DNA of 64,000 bases from Spirochaetia bacterium. Lineage in GTDB: Bacteria; Spirochaetota; Spirochaetia; DSM-2461. The notes below the pieces were generated by a model. That model saw only the letters and a program-made list of their open reading frames with translations. It did no database searches and was not told the DNA's origin. The DNA lies in assembly GCA_963666985.2 (NCBI GenBank), contig CAXXIA010000002.1, positions 192,001 through 256,000 of the forward strand. The letters run 5' to 3'. The position numbers were made by a program, and so were the translations under genes. Within the stretch, counting starts at the first letter, position 1. Every line of letters starts with the position of its first letter. Below, piece after piece: positions 19,303 through 28,517 of the stretch.

Positions 19303-20209
19303 GGGAAATCCCCCGGATATTCGTTCGGGAATGCTTCACGCCTTCGACGGCGAAAAGAACCACCACAATGGCCAGGTAGGGAATCATCTTCAAAAGAATA
19401 GCAATGGATCCGTAGGTGACGGCTAAATTGATCGCCAGGGATTTGGCTGCACCGAAGAGGAAGGCGTAGAGACTGCTCTTCAGAGGCTTGCCGTCCCCGC
19501 AGTAGATGGCGGCGATGGCGATGAATCCGATGCCGTCGGTAAAGGATGGCGTAAAACTCGCCAGCTGCTCCACCGTAACGTTGTATCCCGCGAAACCGCA
19601 GAAAACGGCGCCCAAAATAACGGCGAAATACTTAATCTTCGCCGTCGGGATGCCCAGGCTCACCCCGGCGTCCTCGTTGTCCCCGCAAACACGCACGTAG
19701 ACGCCGACGGGAGTCCTGTAGAGAACCGCCCAGGCTGCAAAAACCGCCAGTAGGGAGAGGTAGGTAAACGGCGTGTGTCCGCTGAGGATTCCCCCAAGAA
19801 AAGGCAGACGGCCGATGAGCGGCAGATCCACCCCGAGATCCACCACCCTATCGATGTTGATCAGGTTAATCTCCGTCAGACCCATTTCAACGAGGATGTA
19901 TTTTCCCGCGGCTGTGGCCAGAAGATTAATTCCCAATCCCGTAATAATGAAGTTCGCATTCTTGTTCACCGAAAAATAAGAAAACAGCACACCGATGGCC
20001 GCCGAAATGACCATTCCCACGATGATTCCCAAGAAAAGGCTCTGGGTGAAGAATATCGCCAAAACCGAAGCCAAGCCGCCGAAATACATCATTCCCTCTA
20101 GACCGATGTTCACGATATTGGCCCGGTATGCGAACAGCCCGCCCACTGTGCAGAACAGGATGGGAGAGGTATAGAGCAGGACATCGGAAAGGAATCTGAT
20201 GATATTCAT
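19295..20209 (-). CDS. Nucleoside/sugar ABC transporter permease
   Basis: NIGLEGMM, GIGFIAIAA, PYL motif; true start MNIIRF at 20209. Confidence 0.92.
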   Translation of the reverse strand: MNIIRFLSDVLLYTSPILFCTVGGLFAYRANIVNIGLEGMMYFGGLASVLAIFFTQSLFLGIIVGMVISAAIGVLFSYFSVNKNANFIITGLGINLLATAAGKYILVEMGLTEINLINIDRVVDLGVDLPLIGRLPFLGGILSGHTPFTYLSLLAVFAAWAVLYRTPVGVYVRVCGDNEDAGVSLGIPTAKIKYFAVILGAVFCGFAGYNVTVEQLASFTPSFTDGIGFIAIAAIYCGDGKPLKSSLYAFLFGAAKSLAINLAVTYGSIAILLKMIPYLAIVVVLFAVEGVKHSRTNIRGISHV

Positions 20210-21306
20210 CCGATCTTCTCCTTTCTTCTCCCGGAGTCCAGGAGGGACTCGATTCGTTTGTAGCCCCGAGTATTCGGACCGCCGATCATTTTGAGCGAGA
20301 GCAGAAGAATAATCATTGCCTGGATGAGCGCGATAATCTCGCTGGGGACATGGGTGAAGACGCTGATGTTCTGAACACCGACCTTCAGAGTGGCGTAGAA
20401 AATTGCCGCCACGATAATGCCCGCCGGATTGTGAGCCCCCAGTAAGGCGATGAGCATCCCGTCCCAACCCAGGCCCACGGCACCGCTGAACGAAAGGGTG
20501 TAGGCATATTTCTCGCTCATCAGCCATCCTGCCCCCGCCAGGCCGGCCAGGGCGCCGCTGATGAGCATGATGGTCAGAATCTTCCGGCCGACGTTCATCC
20601 CCACCGCCTCGCTGAACGAGGGATTATACCCGATGGCCTCGATTTCAAAACCAAGCCGGGACCGGTTGAAGAGGAAATACATCACGATGAACACCGCGAG
20701 AGCAACGAAGGTGAAGATGGTCAATTTTGTTCCCCCCAGATGATGGAGGATCGCATTGTCGGGCAGCATGTTCGTCGACACATATCCAGAACTGGGATTT
20801 CGGAACGGCCCGGAGGTTAGGTACTCCAGAAAAATGGCGATGGCATAGTTCAACAGCAGGGAGACCACCATCTCGTTCACGTTGAAGAAGGCCCTCAGAA
20901 CGGCCGGTACGGCGGCAAAGAGTATGCCGCAGACCATCCCCGTTACCAGACAAAGGGGCACGAGCAGCACCGGAGACATAGCGGGGAAGGATGTCCCGAC
21001 GATCATGGCGGCGAAGGCTCCGACCAGGAGCTGTCCCTCCACTCCCATGTTGAAAAAACCCGCCTTGAAGGTAACGGCGATCGCCAAGCCGGTAAGCATC
21101 AACGGCGATGCGTAATGCAGGGTTTTCATCAATCCCTGGAAGTCGAAAAGCGACTTGGAGAACAGAATCCAATAGGTGCTCAGAGGATTCTCCCGGGCGA
21201 TGAGAATCACCACCGCGCCGATAAGGAATGCGAGAATTACCGGGGATACCGCGTTCACCAGGGTGACGGCGGCCTTCGTATTGCGTTGCGGATCATTTTT
21301 TTTCAT
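20206..21306 (-). CDS. Nucleoside/sugar ABC transporter permease
   Basis: FNMGVEGQ, NEMVVSLLLNY, SGALAGLAG, GWDGMLIALLG. Confidence 0.93.
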   Translation of the reverse strand: MKKNDPQRNTKAAVTLVNAVSPVILAFLIGAVVILIARENPLSTYWILFSKSLFDFQGLMKTLHYASPLMLTGLAIAVTFKAGFFNMGVEGQLLVGAFAAMIVGTSFPAMSPVLLVPLCLVTGMVCGILFAAVPAVLRAFFNVNEMVVSLLLNYAIAIFLEYLTSGPFRNPSSGYVSTNMLPDNAILHHLGGTKLTIFTFVALAVFIVMYFLFNRSRLGFEIEAIGYNPSFSEAVGMNVGRKILTIMLISGALAGLAGAGWLMSEKYAYTLSFSGAVGLGWDGMLIALLGAHNPAGIIVAAIFYATLKVGVQNISVFTHVPSEIIALIQAMIILLLSLKMIGGPNTRGYKRIESLLDSGRRKEKIG

Positions 21307-22853
21307 TCTTTAACCCCCGCCATCAGCAGTCCCAGTTCACCCCTCGTTACGTTGCGGGCGTCGACTTCGTCGATAAACCGGCCACGGTACATCACGAGAA
21401 TCCTATCGCTCAAACTCATAATTTCACTCAGCTCCGTGCTGACCAGCAGGACGGCCTTCCGCTTCTTCCGCAAAGCCAGGATCGTTGTGTGGATGAACTC
21501 GATGGCTCCGATGTCGACTCCCCGGGTCGGCTGGGCCGCGATGAGAAAATCAGGATTGGATTCGAGTTCCCTCCCGATGATGATCTTCTGGGCATTTCCC
21601 CCTGAAAGGGACGACAGCTGTCCCCCGGCGTCGCTGATGCGGATATCAAAGTCCTCGATCAGCCTATCCCTCCAATGCTCGATGGCCCGTCTCTTCATCA
21701 GTCCTCTGGAGCAGAATTCAGAATTGTAGTGGTAGCCGGCGATGCAATTGTGAGCAAGAGTCATTTCTCGGCAGAGTCCATGGACATACCGTTCTTCGGG
21801 AATGATGCCGATCCGCCGGTCCCGAAGACCGCGGGGCCAGGAATTCGTAATGTCCTCCCCGCGCATCCTGACGGTTCCCTCGGTGGAGCGCATCAGCCCC
21901 GAGAGCACTCGAATGAGCTCACTCTGGCCGTTCCCCTCGACTCCGGCGATCCCGAGGATTTCACCTTCTTTCACTCCGAAAGAGACGCCGTCGACAACCT
22001 TGCGCCCATCGTCGGTCCTCGTGGAAAGATTCTCCACTTCGTAAACCAAGGGATTGTTCGGGGAGGCCGAATGGTCCGATTCCACCGAAAGCAATACGTC
22101 ACGGCCGACCATGAGCTGGGCGAGTTCCCGTTCACTCGTCTTGGCGGTTTCGATGCTCTTCACCACCTCGCCTTTCTTGATGACCGTGACGCTGTCGCTG
22201 ATCATCATCACTTCCTTCAACTTGTGGGTGATGATGATGATGGTTTTCCCCTGCTTCTTCAGCTGCCGGAGCGAATCGAAGAAATCATCGATTTCCTGAG
22301 GCGTGAGGACGGCCGTCGGCTCGTCGAAGATGAGAATATCGACGCTCCGGTAGAGCATCTTGAGGATTTCAACCTTCTGCTTCGCTCCGACGCTGAGATC
22401 CCGTACCAGTGTATCGGGATCCAGATCGAATCCGAAGCGTTCGATCAGCTCGAGGACCTTGGCCCTCCCCTTCCTCCTGCTCAGCAGGGGCAGCGTCACC
22501 GATCGTCCCGCCAAATTGATGGTTCCTTTCACCTCCGCGCCCAAAAGGACGTTTTCCCGGACCGTCAGGGTGGGGACGAGCTTGAAATGCTGATGAACCA
22601 TGCCGATGCTCGCCCTTATGGCGTCCACGGGAGATGTAAAATTTACACGGTCACCGCGAACCTCGACATGGCCGTTCGTCGGTTCAAGCAGGCCGTAGAG
22701 CACATTCATCAGTGTGGTCTTTCCCGCGCCGTTTTCACCCACCACCGCCTTGATTTCGTTCTCGGCGACACTGAAATGGATGTTTTTGTTTGCGTAAAAG
22801 TCACCGAATTTTCTGGTAACGCCCACGCATCTGATGATTTCCACGACCTGCAC
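21303..22853 (-). CDS. ABC transporter ATP-binding protein (two-domain, NupA-like)
   Basis: GENGAGKTT, GMVHQHF, DEPTAVLTPQE, LSGGNAQK, QPTRGVD. Confidence 0.96.
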   Translation of the reverse strand: MQVVEIIRCVGVTRKFGDFYANKNIHFSVAENEIKAVVGENGAGKTTLMNVLYGLLEPTNGHVEVRGDRVNFTSPVDAIRASIGMVHQHFKLVPTLTVRENVLLGAEVKGTINLAGRSVTLPLLSRRKGRAKVLELIERFGFDLDPDTLVRDLSVGAKQKVEILKMLYRSVDILIFDEPTAVLTPQEIDDFFDSLRQLKKQGKTIIIITHKLKEVMMISDSVTVIKKGEVVKSIETAKTSERELAQLMVGRDVLLSVESDHSASPNNPLVYEVENLSTRTDDGRKVVDGVSFGVKEGEILGIAGVEGNGQSELIRVLSGLMRSTEGTVRMRGEDITNSWPRGLRDRRIGIIPEERYVHGLCREMTLAHNCIAGYHYNSEFCSRGLMKRRAIEHWRDRLIEDFDIRISDAGGQLSSLSGGNAQKIIIGRELESNPDFLIAAQPTRGVDIGAIEFIHTTILALRKKRKAVLLVSTELSEIMSLSDRILVMYRGRFIDEVDARNVTRGELGLLMAGVKE

Positions 22854-22861
22854 CTCGATAA

Positions 22862-24028
22862 TCAGTTCTTACGGACGACGTTCTCCAGCTCGGCCCAGTC
22901 GATCTCTTCGCCGGACTGGGCGTCGATAACGTCGATAGCTCCGGAGCCGATCTGTTCCTCGATGCTCGCAATCTCGGCTTTGATGTCCGCCCAAACAGCT
23001 TGCGCTTCATCGGTTTGAAGGACGAATCCTTCGATCACGCTTAAGTCGGTAATCCCCGTCGCCCCTGAATTCATAGAATAGTAGATATCCGTGCCGGATA
23101 CCGCGCCGAGCTCCCCGTTGACAAGTTTCTCGGTGATGTCGAAGACGGGAACATTGGTGTTTTTGAGGACCGAGGTCAGGATGGTGCCGGGTACCTGAGC
23201 GTCCTGATTCGCGTCCACGTCCACACACAGGCGACCGGCCTTCTTGGCCTCGTTCCGCATGGAAACCGCGACACCGCCGGCAGCCGCGTAGATAATGTTG
23301 CATCCGGCGTCGTAGTAGGTGGCTATGGTCTGGGCGACAGCCGGAGTGGCTGCGAATCCCGCGGCGTAATCGGAGTAGTAGTCGTAGGTAACGCCGAGCT
23401 TCTCGGCTTCATAGTCCACGCCGGAAATAAAACCGTTTCCGAAGACGCTGATGCCGCTGCTCGCCGTTCCGCCGAGGAAACCGACGGCCCGGGCTTCGTC
23501 GGTAGACACGAATTTATAATCACCGCCGAAGAGGACGTCCGCGTTCTCATTGGCGAGGACGGACAGGGCGCCGGCAAGAAAAGACCCCTCGTTTACATTG
23601 AAGAGAACCTCCACCACGTTCGGCTGGATCTTGGACCCGTCTTCGGCCGTATTGGCGAAAGCGTTGAAGATAACGAACGTCGTTTCGGGATACTGCTCCG
23701 CGATGGATTTTCCGCTTCCGTCGTTATTGATCAGCGCATCGAAATTGTATTCGAGCGAAAAAATCAAATCGTACCCGGCGGCGGCCAAAAGAGTCAGCGC
23801 TCCGGGAACATCGTCCGCGTTGTCGACGACTTTGGTCTCGATGGAGTACTTCTCGGCAACGGCATTGAGTCCTTCGATGGAAAACTCGTTATATCCGTTG
23901 TCGTTCGCACCGGCGGCGGAGACAATCAATCCGACATGAAGAATATCGGATTCCTCGCTCTTCCCGCCGCAGCCGACGACGAGCAGTATCGAAGCCAAAA
24001 CCAAGAAACTTGCAATCATCCTTTTCAT
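22862..24028 (-). CDS. BMP/PnrA family substrate-binding lipoprotein
   Basis: Lipobox VVG-C, D.GYN, F..NEGSFLAG, VD.NQ, TSVLK. Confidence 0.92.
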   Translation of the reverse strand: MKRMIASFLVLASILLVVGCGGKSEESDILHVGLIVSAAGANDNGYNEFSIEGLNAVAEKYSIETKVVDNADDVPGALTLLAAAGYDLIFSLEYNFDALINNDGSGKSIAEQYPETTFVIFNAFANTAEDGSKIQPNVVEVLFNVNEGSFLAGALSVLANENADVLFGGDYKFVSTDEARAVGFLGGTASSGISVFGNGFISGVDYEAEKLGVTYDYYSDYAAGFAATPAVAQTIATYYDAGCNIIYAAAGGVAVSMRNEAKKAGRLCVDVDANQDAQVPGTILTSVLKNTNVPVFDITEKLVNGELGAVSGTDIYYSMNSGATGITDLSVIEGFVLQTDEAQAVWADIKAEIASIEEQIGSGAIDVIDAQSGEEIDWAELENVVRKN

Positions 24029-24048
24029 TTATGCCCTCCGTGATTATG

Positions 24049-24084
24049 AAGTCTAGACAACAAGTCATTATGTTGTCATAACAA
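24049..24084. promoter_or_regulatory. Two putative HutC-subfamily GntR operators upstream of the BMP gene
   Basis: GTCTAGAC (24051-24058) and TTGTCATAACAA (24073-24084) match GT-N-TA-N-AC-like palindromes. Confidence 0.65.
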
Positions 24085-24157
24085 GATAATACACAATATT
24101 TGAGTTTGCTGCGTTTGTAAAGATGACTTCGTCCATTTTCTCCGGATTCGCCGAATA

Positions 24158-24895
24158 TCATCGGATTTGATTGATGAAGAACTTGAACTGATCGGACCTG
24201 TAATAACAGGAAAATTGCTCAACCGGAATTTCGACTCCGTTTGAGATACCGTAAGTAAGGCAGCGAAAAAGGAGTATGGGCACATTCTTCTTGATTCTGA
24301 GAGACTTCGCGATTACCTCGTCCGCCGAGATGGCTTCTATCGTCCTATGAGCCCGGGAGATTTTAATCTGGTACTTCTTCTCAAGAATGTCATAAAGGGA
24401 ATTCAGAGAGAAATCGAGGAATTCGATGCCCGGAAGCAGACTGTAGGGCAGGAAGGACTGGGTCCGATTCAAAGGAACATCGTCGGCGAAGTATATCCGG
24501 TCGAGGTAGAAAAGCTTGTCGGTACTGTTGATCTTCAAGTCGTAGGCCTGCTTGACGGTGCAGGGGATCACTTCACTGGCCAGAACCTGTCGGCTTGGCT
24601 CCATGCCGTGGGCCCTGATATCCGTTGTACAGCTCGTCAGATTGATTAAATTCTGATTTTCATGATCCATCTCCACGTAGGTTCCCTTTCCCTGAATGCG
24701 AAAGAGGTACCCCTCCTGGACCAATTCGTCGATGGCACGCCTGACTGTAATCCGGCTGACGCCGAACTTTGCAATAAGCTCCCTTTCGCTGGGAATAGGC
24801 TTTCCTTCTTCTTCCTTCCATACCTCTATGAGTTTCTTGAGTTGTTCCTTAATACGATAATACTTCGGAAGAACGGCAAGATCTTTCATTTCCAC
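24158..24895 (-). CDS. GntR family regulator, HutC subfamily (wHTH + UTRA)
   Basis: PSERELI..FGVSRITVRRAI..L..EG..QGKGTYV; SLYDIL; YRSD.F. Confidence 0.95.
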   Translation of the reverse strand: MEMKDLAVLPKYYRIKEQLKKLIEVWKEEEGKPIPSERELIAKFGVSRITVRRAIDELVQEGYLFRIQGKGTYVEMDHENQNLINLTSCTTDIRAHGMEPSRQVLASEVIPCTVKQAYDLKINSTDKLFYLDRIYFADDVPLNRTQSFLPYSLLPGIEFLDFSLNSLYDILEKKYQIKISRAHRTIEAISADEVIAKSLRIKKNVPILLFRCLTYGISNGVEIPVEQFSCYYRSDQFKFFINQIR

Positions 24896-24899
24896 CTAC

Positions 24900-24911
24900 T
24901 TGTTATAACCA
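24900..24911. promoter_or_regulatory. Putative autoregulatory GntR operator
   Basis: GTTATAAC palindrome at 24902-24909 immediately upstream of the regulator start. Confidence 0.6.
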
Positions 24912-25043
24912 GCATTTAATTAACATATCAAATCATCATAACTTGGTCACCAAAAAAATCATTACTTCTCCGAATCCGCAATCAATCCATTTAACATCAA
25001 TCCCCGTAGCGTATTTTCGCCTTGAAGTCTATGATTCCGCATC

Positions 25044-26306
25044 ATGACCACGGCCGACTTCATCAACCGGCGAACCGAATACAGGTTTGCCGGGAAAAAT
25101 CTCAAACTTGATCTTTCTCTGGGACTCTTCAGCAGCGCCGGTGTTGACGCGGGGTCTTTATTATTGCTCAAATCCCTGGCCAAGGAACTGGAGTTGGACG
25201 GCGTTGCGGCACCGCGGCGCATTCTGGATGTGGGCTGCGGTACCGGGACTCTGGGATTGGCGCTGGCATCACGTTTACCGGAAGCCCGCGTACTGCTCAC
25301 CGACCGTGACGAATTGGCGCTGACGTTCTCACGGCATAATGCCTCTCTTAATCGCTTAGAAAACGTCGAGACCTCTTCCCGGCTCATGATGGAGAATCCT
25401 CACGAGTTCCCGTACGACCTCATCGTCTCGAACTTTCCCGCCAAGGCCGGAGATCCGGTTCTGGAGGATTTTCTGCGGCGCTCCCTGGAAGCCCTGGCTC
25501 CGGAAGGACGAACGGCGCTTGTTATTGTGTACACCCTGGCCGAACGCTGCCGGGAACTCATCGGTCTTATCGGCGGCAATATTATCCATGAGGATACATC
25601 CAAGATGCATACGGTTTTCCATTTCCGTTCCAATACGGCGAAGGGAAACCGGCCGGCGGTTCCAAACAGCCCTAAAATCGCGGACTCCGAAGAAAAGACC
25701 GATGAATATACCGAAAAACTTCTGACTCCTTATATCCGGTACTCCGGTGAGTTCAAAATGAAGCGGACCCGCTATCATGCGCATACCGTTTGGAACATTC
25801 CCGATTTCGATACTCTTTCCTGGAGACTTACACTCATCGGAGAACTGCTCGAGAGGGAACCGCGTTCGGGAGTCCTGCTGTGTTCCAATCCGGGCCAGGG
25901 ACATTTGCCTCTCGCCCTCGCCGTCCGAAAAGGAGCCCGTCCGAACCGTATCATCCTCACCGGACGGGACAGACTCCAGCTTCTCATCAGCCGGAGTAAT
26001 CTTAAAAACGCCGTCCCCGGACTCCCGGTCGAAACACTCCCTCTGGCCGACCCATCGCTGCTGGCGGGCTCCATTGAAGATGATACGGCCGATTTTCTGC
26101 TCACCGACCTGAACCCCGTTCCACGAACCGATTGGACCGCGCCCTTAAGAGAAGCCGCCGCGAAAGTTGTTAAAAAAGGCGGTGAATGGGCCATTCTCGG
26201 CCGAAGCGCTGATGTAACCGCTCTTCTGAAATACTCCAAAGGATGGACGCCCTTGGACGACCGGCGCAGTCGGGGATGGAGAGCGGTAATCCTGCGGAGA
26301 AATTAA
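25044..26306 (+). CDS. Class I SAM-dependent methyltransferase (RsmC/MTS-like, degenerate second domain)
   Basis: LFSS..VD.GS.LLL, LDVGCGTG, DLIVSN.P. Confidence 0.85.
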   Translation: MTTADFINRRTEYRFAGKNLKLDLSLGLFSSAGVDAGSLLLLKSLAKELELDGVAAPRRILDVGCGTGTLGLALASRLPEARVLLTDRDELALTFSRHNASLNRLENVETSSRLMMENPHEFPYDLIVSNFPAKAGDPVLEDFLRRSLEALAPEGRTALVIVYTLAERCRELIGLIGGNIIHEDTSKMHTVFHFRSNTAKGNRPAVPNSPKIADSEEKTDEYTEKLLTPYIRYSGEFKMKRTRYHAHTVWNIPDFDTLSWRLTLIGELLEREPRSGVLLCSNPGQGHLPLALAVRKGARPNRIILTGRDRLQLLISRSNLKNAVPGLPVETLPLADPSLLAGSIEDDTADFLLTDLNPVPRTDWTAPLREAAAKVVKKGGEWAILGRSADVTALLKYSKGWTPLDDRRSRGWRAVILRRN

Positions 26307-26400
26307 CGGGCCTCCAAAGCCTTTACGCAATTCCGGAACAGATAATGCTCTTCCCCCGAATTCGGTAAAACAGCCGGTTGTTCATGCAAAAATCTCTCCG

Positions 26401-26877
26401 TTATTGAGAAGCATCCGGACTGTAAAAAAGTTCCGAATCCGCGTTCACACCGGCCTTTTTCAAGACATCACGCGCCGGTTCGGGAAGGACTGTCGTTGAT
26501 TTTGCCGTATAAGGCAGCTTTTTATAGAGCGCCACAAACAGCCTCATGCTGTCGGTTCCTATTTCCTTCCCGTCCAGCTCGCCGAAAAACGTTTCAAAGG
26601 ATTTCACTTGAAGAAGTGAAGGATTCTCCAGAGTCTCCAAACCGAATGCCTTAACCAGAACTTCCACGGGAATATCAAAAGCCTTTTGAATATCTTCAAA
26701 GGTGTAAGATCCTCGAATATCCGCGGGATTCGCCACGCCGAGGAACGCTCCCTCCGTGTATTTGGCGGGTTTTTTTGAATTCTCGGTTTTCCATTGCCCG
26801 GTGAGCGTGGTGAGCCCTATTCCCAAAAGAAGCAATCCGGGTACAAGAAGTCCCGCGATCGATGCGCGAAGAGTCAT
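26401..26877 (-). CDS. Hypothetical membrane-anchored protein
   Basis: N-terminal TM, NPADIRGSYTF; 4-bp overlap with upstream gene. Confidence 0.75.
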   Translation of the reverse strand: MTLRASIAGLLVPGLLLLGIGLTTLTGQWKTENSKKPAKYTEGAFLGVANPADIRGSYTFEDIQKAFDIPVEVLVKAFGLETLENPSLLQVKSFETFFGELDGKEIGTDSMRLFVALYKKLPYTAKSTTVLPEPARDVLKKAGVNADSELFYSPDASQ

Positions 26878-27707
26878 TCTTCCACCTCCATAAATCGATT
26901 GTTACGAAATTCCAATGTGTTCACCACGGGACAAGCACCGTCGGCCGATGTGCATTGATAACAGCTGATGCAATGATGATTCCTCACTGTTTTCGATGTG
27001 GAAACAGGAATATTCATCGGACAGGCCTTGTCACAGGCTTTGCAGGAAATACACGTTACCGTATTTCTCCGTAAAGGAAAAAGCCGGAAAAAATTCGTCA
27101 GCCCGAGGAAGGCTCCATAGGGACAGGCATACTTACAGAAGGGCCTTTCAATAAAGAGTGAAGCAAGAACGACAACTCCCAAAACAATGAACCCGGAAAC
27201 GGCGACTTCACCGGTCCAGAATTGGAAGAGAGCATAATAGGGATCGATGTTGGCAAAAAGAAGCTGACCGGATTTCGCGGTCATAAAAAGAACCCAAAGA
27301 AGAACCAGATAGCGGAAATAACCGAGCAGACGATGTACTGCGGGGGGAATCATCCGGTTATACCGTTTTTTAAAAATCTTCTTCCCTATTCCCGCAATCC
27401 ATTCCTGAAACGTTCCGAAGGGACAAATCCATCCGCAGAAAACAGGACCGAGAATAACCGCGGAAAGGAGGACGATAATCATCAGGATAAGAGACGATGC
27501 ATGGATTTTCTTAACAAAGCGACCTTCAGTAAACACTTGATAAAGAGTTACGACACCGCCGAAAGGACAGACCGCATGCAGCGACGCATCACTTAAAACG
27601 GGGATACTCCCGCCGTTTTCGGCTAAGGTGTGGTTCACCGCGATAAGAGCCATCAAAACGAAAAAGACGATTTGAATGGTTTTTCGAAAGACTTTTGCTT
27701 TTTTCAT
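26874..27707 (-). CDS. Membrane polyferredoxin (NapH/MauN/YccM-like 4Fe-4S binding protein)
   Basis: CPFG, FCGWICPFG, FCKYACPYG, two CxxCxxCxxxCP-like clusters. Confidence 0.92.
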   Translation of the reverse strand: MKKAKVFRKTIQIVFFVLMALIAVNHTLAENGGSIPVLSDASLHAVCPFGGVVTLYQVFTEGRFVKKIHASSLILMIIVLLSAVILGPVFCGWICPFGTFQEWIAGIGKKIFKKRYNRMIPPAVHRLLGYFRYLVLLWVLFMTAKSGQLLFANIDPYYALFQFWTGEVAVSGFIVLGVVVLASLFIERPFCKYACPYGAFLGLTNFFRLFPLRRNTVTCISCKACDKACPMNIPVSTSKTVRNHHCISCYQCTSADGACPVVNTLEFRNNRFMEVEE

Positions 27708-27728
27708 ATCTACTCCCCGTCATAATTA

Positions 27729-27756
27729 TTGTTCCTATCGTTCAGGATAGGAACAA
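27729..27756. other. Perfect 11-bp inverted repeat (terminator, stabiliser hairpin or operator)
   Basis: TTGTTCCTATC-gttcag-GATAGGAACAA between DUF2202 and polyferredoxin genes. Confidence 0.6.
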
Positions 27757-27807
27757 CAACCGCCGAATGATTCCTAAATCATGCCGTGCGACACGAAAGT
27801 TCAGCCG

Positions 27808-28332
27808 CTACTTATAACGGGCCAGCTGCCTGTTGAAGGCATCCAAATGATTCTCCGATCCCCGAAGAAGATCATCATAAACAGAGAGAATCATCTGATT
27901 TTCCGTCTTGTCCATAAGGCTCTGAAGGTCATCGATATCCAGTTCTTCGATATCACGTCCCACAAGAAGGGCCTCATATTGAGATTTGCTTCCTCTCTCG
28001 ATGAGCTCATCATAGAGTTCGGTCAGCTTCGGATCCTTGAAATTGCCGATGTCCGATTCATTTTTCACGGGATCGGTAATATTGAAGGCTTCAAGAAGCT
28101 CCTTCATGTGATCCATGTGAACCTGTTCGCTCTTGCTGATGTTATTAAAAACTCTGAGATTCCACATCTCACCAAGCGTCAGGTAGACATCCCGAGCCAA
28201 TTTTTCCTCTTCCCTCATAAGCAGCAATCCATCGATTTCATCCCGTGAAAGACTGTCCGCCGCCGACTGAGCCCCTACCGCAAACGTGAGAACCGTAATG
28301 ATGAAAGCCGAAAAAACAATCCTTTGAAACAT
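27808..28332 (-). CDS. DUF2202 ferritin-like exported protein
   Basis: MREEEKLARDVY, SEQ.H, IEELDI.DL, GSENHL.AF; signal peptide. Confidence 0.88.
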   Translation of the reverse strand: MFQRIVFSAFIITVLTFAVGAQSAADSLSRDEIDGLLLMREEEKLARDVYLTLGEMWNLRVFNNISKSEQVHMDHMKELLEAFNITDPVKNESDIGNFKDPKLTELYDELIERGSKSQYEALLVGRDIEELDIDDLQSLMDKTENQMILSVYDDLLRGSENHLDAFNRQLARYK

Positions 28333-28517
28333 TGCCGAACCTCCCGCCCGAAATGGCCGATACCCTCCGGGCATTTACTATTTTCAAGTAGGAAATATCT
28401 CTGAGGATAATGAACCGTTCATGAATAGAATATGTTTATTCATATATTCTATCAATTATATTAAAAGGTTTTTATTCTGCCGTCTGTGAACAACGCGAAG
28501 AATTATCCAAAAAAGAA

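Noticed and set aside
21675..23018. Long plus-strand ORFs (also 53883-55232, 15431-16546, 32026-33015, 42227-43294, 57419-58390)
   Set aside because: Antisense shadows of well-conserved genes with no recognisable motifs
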